DNA of 57,667 nt, the filler included, from Dimargaris cristalligena (lineage: Eukaryota): NCBI GenBank assembly GCA_003614675.1. It is 2 parts of 2 records of this genome, joined end to end, with 100 filler letters (N's around TTAATTAATTAA, not from the genome) between each part and the next. Parts side by side here need not be neighbours in the genome. Positions count along the whole stretch, not along the records: positions 28,897 to 57,667 come from ML002495.1; 1 more part is not named here. One strand, given 5' to 3'. Positions 48,397 through 57,667 of this stretch are shown here, in pieces. The notes under the pieces were generated by a model. It was given only the letters and a program-made list of their open reading frames with translations, made no database searches and was not told the DNA's origin. The translations under genes were made by a program, and so were the position numbers. Each line of letters begins with the position of its first letter. Within the stretch, counting starts at the first letter, position 1.

Positions 48397-49728
48397 ATGG
48401 ATTCTCCAACCGACCCCCCGACGGCTGTCGACAGCCTACCCGCACCAGCCCCAGCCCCAGCTGCTGCCCCGGCCCCCGCTCCTATAACCACCCCCTCCCC
48501 CGACGTGGCCGCCCCCCGGGGTGATCTCGTTCAGAGTGCTGTCCGTTTCCTGACCGACCCCAAAGTCCAGGGCAGTTCCTTGGAAAAGCGCCGCGCTTTT
48601 CTCTCCAACAAGGGCCTAACCCAGGCCGAAATCGATACCGCCATGGCCCAGGCGGGGCTCTCCGGCGCCAACAGCAGCAGCAGCAGTGGTAGTGGTGATC
48701 GCGGAATAGTCACAACCACTTCTCCTGCGAATGGGCAGCCCACATATGCCCCCCACACTGCACCAGCGGCCTACGGCGGTTATCTCCAGCCCGTTGCATA
48801 TAGTCACGCTCCGCCGGCCCACCCCCCACCGCCCGTGCCCCCTCGTATGCACTGGAAGGACTACTTCATCGCGGCCGTCGTAGCCTCCGGCGCCGGTTTC
48901 GGTCTCTACAGCATCACCACCAAATACTTCATTCCCTACCTCCGCCGGGCCGCCTTCGCCGACTTCCAAGAGCGGCTCGATAAGGAACGCAACGAAGTCG
49001 ACGCCCATCTCTCCCAAACCCGGGACACCTTGACCCTCCTGCAGCAGCAAACGACCGAATCCACCCGGGTGGTCAACGACCAGAGCGCCCAGCTCCAGAA
49101 GGCCGTCGACACCATGACCCGGGTTCTGGAACAGTGGCAGGAGCGCGAGACCCAGCGCAGTCGGGATATGGATAGCATTAAAACCGATTTCGAGGCCATC
49201 ACGAAACTATTGCCCGATGCCGTCGATAAGAGTAAGGACACCCAGTCCGCCGCCTTCCAGAATCTCCAAACCGAAATTAAGGGCCTGAAAACTATGCTCC
49301 TGACCCGGCGGTCGGCCAGCTCGACCCCCGTCGTGGTGAATGCCCCGTCCCCCAGTGCAGTAGGTTCCACCGACGGCACCTTCTCCCCCGCGGCGTACCC
49401 TATGCCGACCCCGGGGGGTAACGACGGATCGTCGTCGACCAACGTCGCCGCAAGCGAACCCTATTACAACGGTGCGGCGAATAGCTACAAACCCGCCGGC
49501 TCGTATCCGGCTGCGGGACCTTCTTCGTCGAGCTACGCGGCTAAAGCGGCGGCCTTTACCAACCGGGGCGCATCCACCGGAAACGGCGGCATCCCGGCCT
49601 GGCAGATGGCCCAGTCTCAGGCCAAGGTGAATGCCCCTAACCCGGATAAACAACCTGCGTCAGAATCCGGCAGTGCTAACCCCGACACTAATGATGAGTC
49701 CTCCCCGTCCATCCATAACGAGAACTAG
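48397..49728 (+). CDS. PEX14: Peroxisomal membrane docking protein Pex14
   Basis: Pex14_N domain RGDLVQSAVRFLTDPKVQGSSLEKRRAFLSNKGLTQAEID, WKDYFIAAVV hydrophobic segment, coiled coil, and IPAWQ motif. Confidence 0.93.
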   Translation: MDSPTDPPTAVDSLPAPAPAPAAAPAPAPITTPSPDVAAPRGDLVQSAVRFLTDPKVQGSSLEKRRAFLSNKGLTQAEIDTAMAQAGLSGANSSSSSGSGDRGIVTTTSPANGQPTYAPHTAPAAYGGYLQPVAYSHAPPAHPPPPVPPRMHWKDYFIAAVVASGAGFGLYSITTKYFIPYLRRAAFADFQERLDKERNEVDAHLSQTRDTLTLLQQQTTESTRVVNDQSAQLQKAVDTMTRVLEQWQERETQRSRDMDSIKTDFEAITKLLPDAVDKSKDTQSAAFQNLQTEIKGLKTMLLTRRSASSTPVVVNAPSPSAVGSTDGTFSPAAYPMPTPGGNDGSSSTNVAASEPYYNGAANSYKPAGSYPAAGPSSSSYAAKAAAFTNRGASTGNGGIPAWQMAQSQAKVNAPNPDKQPASESGSANPDTNDESSPSIHNEN

Positions 49729-50302
49729 ACCAGGGTAAACTGTCGCCCCCATTGAAGAAGGTCATATGCATGTAACCTGGCTGTGATGATTGGTTGATTT
49801 ATCTAAACCCTGTTTGATTTAATGTCTACTCTAAGCCTTGCTAATTACTGAATGAAAGAGGGTGAGGAAATTATATTTCTTAATCCCTCTCCCACTAGCT
49901 TTCATTTACGATGTCTACACCCCCATTTCCTTATTTCTTTTATTTTTCCTAATACCCACCACACATCGGATATCTAAAATGTACTTTTTCTTTTTTTTTT
50001 GAGCAGCTTGGGTTGTATAGGTGGGCTCTGTACTGCTTTTGAGATACTCTATCAAACCCCTGAACCCCCTAATTGATAAATGGTTTGGGGAGGCTTAGCG
50101 AGACATGCCTTCATATATAGACCAAGGCCGTGAACTATTGATGTATAGAGTCAGACATTTATACATTGGCTAGGGAAAGTGACGAACGGCGGATCTCGAT
50201 GTTTATTATAAAGCTGTCTTGGAGAGTGCCTACGCTGCACTTCGGATGTTACAAGTAGTGTGGGGTAGTAGTATCTACATCCGCCCTCGGCAGCCAGCCT
50301 GC

Positions 50303-51409
50303 TTAGTATAAATCCGTGTCCAGGAAATCTACGCTGAACCCGTGGTTGTGTAGAAGCTGATTCCGGAGCCTCTCCTTCTTTTGACGGTCATCTGCCTCCT
50401 CCTTGCGCATACGAACGACTTCCTCGAAAGACAGCTGGGTTAGTGGCAGGTCGTCGTCCTTGATATTGTCCTACCATTCCACGAAACCAAAATAGAAGAC
50501 CCATCGGGTAAATAATGAAAGGTTAATCTCCTTGTCGCTATGACATGGGCAAAGTGTGTACGGGGTAGATTCGAGTCGTGTTTTGCCAAAATAATCATAG
50601 AAAATTAGTAATAAAAAATAGCCGAACTAGACTGGACATTCAACTTACAATTTCACCTAAAAGGACCACGTTCTCACCGCGAATGAGGAATACTCCCCGG
50701 TCGATATCCCCATAGAAGTTCTTCACATATATCCGCTCAACACTATCCTGTAGCACCAGGTTGGCTGTCAATAGAAGAAGAAGAAAATATCCCGGCCGAT
50801 ATTAGAAAATAATGATGATAATCAATAGAAATCCATATATACCAATATGAGCTGCTAGGAACTAAGGGTTGAGGAGAAGGGCGGGTGGGTGCTGTTAAGA
50901 GCACAGTGAATGGAGGTTGTGATATAAAGGGAGGGGGTGCAAAGTGCCAACTATCCCGAATAAGGTATAGCCGACTGGTTCACAAAAGTAGGGCGCATTC
51001 AGGCTAAGTTCCGAGTGAAGAACATAGGTGGGAGGGGGGGGATGTACTTACCAAACTGGTCGTACGATCGCAGAAAGCCAATAATTTTACGCCCATCGCG
51101 TAGCACCACCATCAGGCGTTCTAATGGAGAGACCCAACGGGGGGAAGGGAGTTCACGGTAGTATGTATATGGTTAGTAGGAGGCCAGAACCAAGTAGGCA
51201 GCCGTATATACTACCGCTGGCCCAAAGGCGACACAATTGCTAAAGGGTCAGCGCAGGGGTCGTCGGATGGCGTGAGATGTAACCCTACCGAACCCAGTTT
51301 TGCAGGAAATTAGGTGCCGAATGAGGGGGAGGACGGCTCACTTACTGTCGAGCAGATCTATCAAACTCCCCGAGGTAGTGAATATTTGGTTGGGAATGAA
51401 CGAGCTCAT
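50303..51409 (-). CDS. LSM1: Sm-like protein Lsm1, 138 aa; exons 51409-51346, 51120-51052, 50764-50649, 50470-50303
   Basis: Spliced sequence reads [49 protein letters not shown]...[23 protein letters not shown]...[15 protein letters not shown]. Not in the ORF track. Confidence 0.93.
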
Positions 51410-52158
51410 GGTGGATAATCCAGTACAGGCGAAGAATAGGTTTTGAATGAAGGGTTTTGGAAAGGAGAGGTATATTGTAGCTTAGAAGCAGGAAGTACCT
51501 GAAAGTAGTTAAGGGGGAGAGTGAACTAATTCGAATGGGGCTCTACATCCAACACAGCCCACCAACCCACCCAGGTGGTTGAAGGTTCAACAAACTGCTC
51601 CCGCACGCTTAGAAAATAGTACACTCTGTAACTGGGTAGTTCCCAGACCCCCTCCCCCTCCTAGCCAAATATGGGTGCTTTAACCATACATGACCGCTAA
51701 TCGCAATTTTCCTATTTACCTATAGTTGGGGTAGTTTCTAACAATTAGCTGGGCGACTTGTTAGCCATTATTATGGCGAATTTTTCTAAATACAGTTTTA
51801 CATTATCTAATATATAGCATTGTAATACAATGTCGGCGTAGACTGACTGGTTTATTGTAGATATTACATTGTTTTTAGAAGAACATCATGTGGTATAGCT
51901 AATGAACATGGTTGAAATAAAGAATGTGGGCTGGTAACAAAAACTCAGATGTATTAACCTGGGCGAGGGATATCCCCATAAATCCGGGGACTCACTCAGT
52001 GGCATATTTGAATTTTAAAGCGGAGAAACATACGTAAATATATATATAAAAATAAATAAATAGGACAAGTAAAATATACATGAATAATGCAGTAATTGGA
52101 GCGTGCTTTAGAACGGCGGCAGACCCATCGACCTATTCCTTTGAGCTCGGCCGTACAT

Positions 52159-52920
52159 CTATGATGTAGACTTGGGGAACAGGGGGTCATTGACGAATTC
52201 ATTTTTGAACACAGCCAGGCCCCCCAGAACTCCGGCGGTGAGAAAGGCCAGTGACACCAAGAACCACAACAACCCGCACACCTGCGACGGACACCCCGTT
52301 TTCTCGGCAAAGCGCGTCGCGTCACTCGAGTTAACTTTCCGCATGACCAAGTCCTCCACAATATCCCACAGGCTATATAGGCAGCTCATGACGCCCATAA
52401 ACAATACGAAAAATATCAGCACGACTCCGTTTTGAAACCAAATGAAAAAAGCCAACAGAGCCGCGAACACCACAATCAAAATCCGCGTCAGCCAGTTCCG
52501 GGCCCAAAACAGCATAATCAGGCAACACCCAATTAAGACCCCGGTCATGATTTTGGAGGACAGCCGGCCGAACGAGCAGAATATCATGAGGGCGCCAAAG
52601 AGGGAACTGCCCAAATAACCCGCGGGTAGGGTGCAGCAACTGATACCTCCGGTCATTTTGGTGAGGCCGCCTTCGTTGGGATTGACTTCGATGGAATGGA
52701 TTTTGGCGCCGGTGCAGCAGCCAACCGCAGCATGGCCGAACTCGTGGAGGGCCACGGTGAACAGCTTGAAGGGGTAGAGAATGTGCTTGAGGTAGGGCAC
52801 ATTCCAGAGAATGAGAATGAGGGCCGCGTAGCCGCCGATGAAGTACAGGAGGATCTTTTGGTCTTCGGTGGGAGTGACGGCCTCGCTGAAGGTCCGCGGT
52901 AGGGGTTGGTATTCGCTCAT
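52159..52920 (-). CDS. Peptidase M50B-like multi-pass membrane metalloprotease
   Basis: HExxH motif (ALHEFGHA), EGGLT, PAGYLGSSLFG and SDA motifs, and several TM segments. Confidence 0.85.
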   Translation of the reverse strand: MSEYQPLPRTFSEAVTPTEDQKILLYFIGGYAALILILWNVPYLKHILYPFKLFTVALHEFGHAAVGCCTGAKIHSIEVNPNEGGLTKMTGGISCCTLPAGYLGSSLFGALMIFCSFGRLSSKIMTGVLIGCCLIMLFWARNWLTRILIVVFAALLAFFIWFQNGVVLIFFVLFMGVMSCLYSLWDIVEDLVMRKVNSSDATRFAEKTGCPSQVCGLLWFLVSLAFLTAGVLGGLAVFKNEFVNDPLFPKSTS

Positions 52921-54250
52921 GACCGCAGGGTTTGGAGTATGTTAGTAGGTGTTTCGCTGGTTTAGGGGAGATGCGGGACAAGGCGGAGTTGGAACTGACA
53001 AGTAGGCGGGGTTCGAGGGGTTGGCAATAGGTATACCGTCTATATAAATACAAAAGGTTCGGGTAGAGGAAGACAGTCAGTAGAGCGGGTATTTGGCCAG
53101 GAGTTGGCTATAGCTGTAGTGCCAGTGGAAGGCGGAATACAAAGGTATTTTTAATAAAAAAATCTACATCAACAGAGTAGGTAGGTAGGAAAGGGAGACA
53201 TACATGTATATATCAGCAGTAGAGGGGCCAAGACCTCCATAGTTCATAGATTACCCCCCTTTCCTCTCGGCACGCTAAAAGAATAAGGCGGCGGCAGTAG
53301 GGTTACACAGACTCCGCAGACCAGGGGCCACCCAGTAGGCATTCCAATGAACCCATCGGCATAGGGTAGTAATAGGCAACTGGAACTTGCTACGTCTGTA
53401 GCTCAATTCAATGGGCGGGCTAGTTGCTCTGCCCCTTTAGTCTGACGGGGTTTGCCGTGTATCCTCTTCATGAAAGGGGAAGATTCGACAAGCCAATAGA
53501 TAACCCTCTCCTCTCCCCAGAAACAATGCCAAGTCCTTCGAATGCTCGGCCACAGCATGAACAATACGCAAGAACAATGCGCCCACTCACTCTTAATCAT
53601 ACACCCGCGGCCTTGGCACTGCTAAGCAGCGAATATCACCGAAGTGTTCATTAACTTCTGCCCAGAAAGCAGGTGAAAGAGTATTGGTCTTTGAGAATAT
53701 AGATCCTTTAACTGACTACTTGGACATGCCAAGGGGATTTAGTATCATTTTTAATATATAATATATATATAGGAAAATAGGCGGGGTATTCATTTTGAAA
53801 TCAAAGGTATTTTATATCCATGTTTAATAAAAAGACTGGGGGTGTAGAGAAGATCCGTCCGTCTGCTATCATTAGTATTTCTTGTATAGCTCTAGGCAGT
53901 GTTTAAAACAAGATGGTGGATAGGAAGGGGGTACTCTAGTTTGCGGGTTAGAGTATGTGATTAGTCCAGGACCAACCCCTCAGTTGACGCACCTCAGCCT
54001 TTGACCAATAATTACACGCCTTGGAGTTACACAGTAGGAAAGAGGGCGCGATTGCCCCCGGGCCCGCCGCCACCCAGTTCCTTCGTTCCTAGCGAAAAGT
54101 ACACCAATTGAACTCGCGTTCCCTCCTTTTGTAGCCTCCTGACCTTCTTCTTAGCACCCGACTCATTCTCCAGCGTGCTTTTTTGCCTTTGCCAAACCAC
54201 ACTGCCCTATTTCTATACTACCCTTTTAGTCACTTACGAATGACCCAACC

Positions 54251-55818
54251 ATGTCGGCCCAATCGGACGTGGAGCGACTAGCCGCCGAAAACGCTGCCCT
54301 CCAGACACGAATCCAGGCCCTTACCAAAGAAAATAGCCGATTGAAGGCTCCTCAAACCAGTCCTCCTTTACCTGACCCCAGTCCATTGACTGCATTCACC
54401 CAGGTCGAGAGTCTTAATAACCCGGAAATAGCCCGCTACAGTCGCCAGCTCCTCCTACCGGAAGTTGGGGTACAAGGTAATTATCGCCGCCTGGCCTCAA
54501 ACCCGAAAACCGATAATATTAGTTTACCATATTCTTGTATCCACTAGCGAGACTGGCACGGCTTTTGTATTATATAATTGGCTTGACAGACCTTCACACA
54601 AAGACAACCCCCACGCAGACCCTTTTTTTGTCCGGTTCTGTTTCGACGATCTACTGACTACCCCGCTCGGTCCCATTAATTAAATTAAATATATATATTT
54701 ATAATTTAGGCCAGCTAAGCCTTCGGAATGCGTCGGTACTCGTAGTTGGGGCCGGTGGCCTTGGGTCACCCTGTATCCTCTATCTAGCCGCTATGGGGGT
54801 TGGTAAAATAGGCGTAATTGACCACGATACCGTCGAAATCAGCAACCTCCAACGCCAGGTTATCCATTCCGAGTCCCGAGCCGGACTTTCCAAAGCCCGT
54901 TCCGCCCGATTGGCGGTCCACGAACTTAACTCGGACTGCCATTGCATCGCATACGACCTCGTATTCGATTACACGGTGGCGTTATCTGTCGCTGCCGAGT
55001 ATGATGTGGTGGTGGACGCCACTGACAATGTTCCCACGCGGTACTTAGTCAATGATACGTGTGTATTGTTAGGAAAACCCCTAGTGTCTGCCAGTGCGCT
55101 CAAACTAGACGGTCAACTGACTGTTTATAATTATGCCGGGGGGCCGTGCTATCGGTGCCTCTTCCCTGTCCCACCGCCACCCGAAACCGTCACCAACTGC
55201 AGCGACGGTGGGGTCTTAGGGGTCGTGCCGGGGATTCTGGGGACCTTACAGGCCCTCGAAGTAGTCAAAATCCTAACCGGAGTGAAGGCCAAGGAGGCAC
55301 CTACCTTGCTCTTGTTTTCGGCCTTTTCGTCCCCCACCTTTCGGTCGATTAAAATCCGGGGCAAACAGGCCCATTGTGCCGTGTGCGGCACTCAGCCCAC
55401 CATTACCGAGCTGCAGGATTATGTGGCTTTTTGCGGGAGTCAACCCACCGATGGTCCCGTTCATTTAAATCTCTTACCCGCCGGTGATCGCATTACGTGT
55501 GCCGACTATCACACCCTTCGCCAGACTGGCCAACCCCACCTCCTCGTGGACGTTCGCGAGCCGGTCCAATACGATATATGTCGGCTGCCCGGATCACTCC
55601 ATGTACCTTGGCGGGATTTCGCGCAACGTGTACCCGACATCCTGGCCGCCCGGGAAGCCGTGTCGCATCAGCCCATCTACATTATTTGCCGGCTCGGGAA
55701 TGATTCTCAGGAAGCCGTGTTGCATTTACGGGAGCGAGGCGTCGTGGACGCCAAGGATATTGTTGGCGGTCTACTGGAGTGGCACCAAAGTGTAGACCCT
55801 ACGTTCCCCGCCTACTAA
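54251..55818 (+). CDS. UBA4: Adenylyltransferase/sulfurtransferase Uba4 (MOCS3); exons 54251-54476, 54710-55818
   Basis: ARYSRQLLLPEVGVQ|GQLSL...VLVVGAGGLG, SNLQRQ, PCYRCLFP...NCSDGGVLG, CAVCG, and a C-terminal rhodanese domain (DVRE, ICRLGNDSQ, DPTFPAY). Confidence 0.96.
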
Positions 55819-55988
55819 TTCATCGCTAATCGATGGTGTTTATACTATGATGGAATGCCGAGTGGGAACTGAATAATCAAGTAAATACCGAGGAGGGTTA
55901 TTTATGGAGAAGATATATAAGTTTAAAATAAGTATTTTATTGAAACATGAAGATCTTTTGGGTATGCGAGTCGCTACTTCTTTTATAT

Positions 55989-57667
55989 CTATATCTCTGG
56001 TATCTGGGTAGAGTGACTGCCGTTCGCTGCTTGTTCTGAGGGGGCCGCTATAGTGAGAGAGTTGGATGGAGCGCTCTCATTGGTTGAAATGAGGGATCGT
56101 CCCAGCTCGGGGTTGTCCGCCCCCTCTGAGGGTTGCAATACGATAAAAAGTTATAATGTGGACTAAACAATGTCCGTATTAATGAACCCCGATCTAGAAA
56201 TGTCCAATGTGAAGTAAATAGACCTAAAAGGGAATCCCAGAGCCGTTACGTACTAGTAACCCTGGTTATAGTATGTATATGATTTCCCATCTACCTCCCT
56301 GGTGCATAACTGGTGTCGGCCCCAGCATACTTGTAGTTATATATATATAATAGACTGGTGTTGTTAGTGATCGATTCATGAGTGTGGTTTGCTTAATAAT
56401 TACCGGTTCCCGCGCGGACAGCATCAACTACCCGTGGTCATTGAAATATGGGTACCAAAGTTCTCTAGTTGCGACCAAGCTTGCAGCGAGTCCGTAACTG
56501 TAGGTATATCCACAAATGTCACACTGATACCAACCCACTATACTCACCCCCCTGGTTGTATTCCCTATCAATGAATAAAAGGTCTTATAGTGCAACATGA
56601 GCCATGGTCCCTATAATATTAGAGTGGTGACCAAGTTGTCTATCCTGTTTTCCATAGCCCATTTCTGCTGGAAGTATTATTACCGCATGTTGCCTCCCTT
56701 GTCTTGGAGCATATGTGTGGTTAGCAATTGGGCAACCTTATCGGTGACTATCCAGCTGTTGGGCTATACATAACCATTTACTAATGATAATAGACATCCA
56801 ATGAGACCGCTATCCCTCAATTATCTGCCTAAAAGTGAGCCACCAAAACGGGTATATATTTATGTTATGCAGGTATTTATTAGGGGATTTCGATCATTAA
56901 TAATGAGTTAGGGCAAGAAGGGAACCTCCCCGATTCATAAAGGACAGCGGGGTCTGGAGTATAAGTAAAAAACCATTAGGACAGGTTGGCGGACTTCGAG
57001 AGAATATAAATCTCTTATAGGCCGGATATCACTACAGTCATGGGAGATTGAGTTGTTACGATGCACCAAGCCGCCACTATACTCTTCCACCCTTTGTCCT
57101 CCTCTACCCTTATTATCGTACGCCATTTTGTTGCCTAAATGGATTGCTGCAGACTGTGGCCTCAAGTGCCCTTCAAATGGGGGCTAGTATCATGGGGCCA
57201 CTGTGAGTGAAATATCCAAACACACTTTTTCTTTTTTCACAACCATAGCCTTGGTCTAATCAACAGGGCGCTGTACTGCTTTGTAGCAATAACCACATCA
57301 TCAGAGTACCTATCCAGTAGTCCCCTGGACAGTTTAAATAACCGTTCTACTCGAAAACAAATGATTTTATAGTTAACTAGACAATTTGGTCGTCATCCAT
57401 CTTTCTTATACAACCCTGTTATTGATGCAACTCACTTGGTCCTATTCTTAACGGATATTTCCAAAACTAAGCATCCTATAATAAGTAAAACTTGCTATCA
57501 TACAATATACCCATGTATTATATGTACATTGGCACCAATTATTTGTTAGAAAATGGACACCTTATAACTGGGGTCACGTTTATAATTATCTTACTCACCT
57601 GACTTTATCTATATTTTATTATCAACTATTCAGTCATTACTCAATAAAACCAAGTGAAGAGGTTCTC
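55989..57667 (-). other. Possible 3' part of an unidentified multi-exon gene or pseudogene
   Basis: Minus-strand GTGAGT donors near 57598, 57436 and 56547, and a plausible terminal exon (EGADNPELGRS...QIPEI*) at about 56125-55989. I could not assemble a consistent model. Confidence 0.2.

Noticed and set aside
15513..51409. Functional clustering of PBP1 with LSM1 (mRNA decay), and similarly QNG1 with UBA4 (tRNA modification)
   Set aside because: The genes are far apart with unrelated genes between them, and PBP1 and LSM1 lie on opposite sides of an artificial join.

Overview
Eukaryotic, intron-containing fungal DNA with GT-AG introns of about 150-550 nt and (T)ACTAAC-like branch points. It is probably from an early-diverging, non-Dikarya fungus, but this is inferred from gene style only. 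A 100-bp artificial spacer (44 N + TTAATTAATTAA + 44 N, 28797-28896) splits the window, so the two halves need not be adjacent in vivo. The left half is accessory-like. It holds an RNase T2 with an altered active-site motif, two tandem maltose/galactoside O-acetyltransferases, a GT25 glycosyltransferase, orphan secreted proteins, ataxin-2/Pbp1, a hotdog thioesterase, a degenerate C2H2 protein, a 32-bp minisatellite and several copies of a 136-bp MITE. The right half is mostly housekeeping: partial tRNA-Lys(CTT), a PNPOx-like FMN protein, Cwc23/DNAJC17, queuosine-salvage QNG1, transketolase, NADP-IDH, Pex14, Lsm1 (absent from the ORF track), an M50B peptidase and Uba4. The most notable observations are a 136-bp GGG...CCC MITE family always flanked by ATAT, an intron with two internal CAG|GT junctions, structured introns in TKL1 and IDH, and an IDH carrying both a mitochondrial presequence exon and a PTS1-like end, head-to-head with PEX14. 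Exon boundaries were assigned by eye from splice signals and reading-frame continuity.
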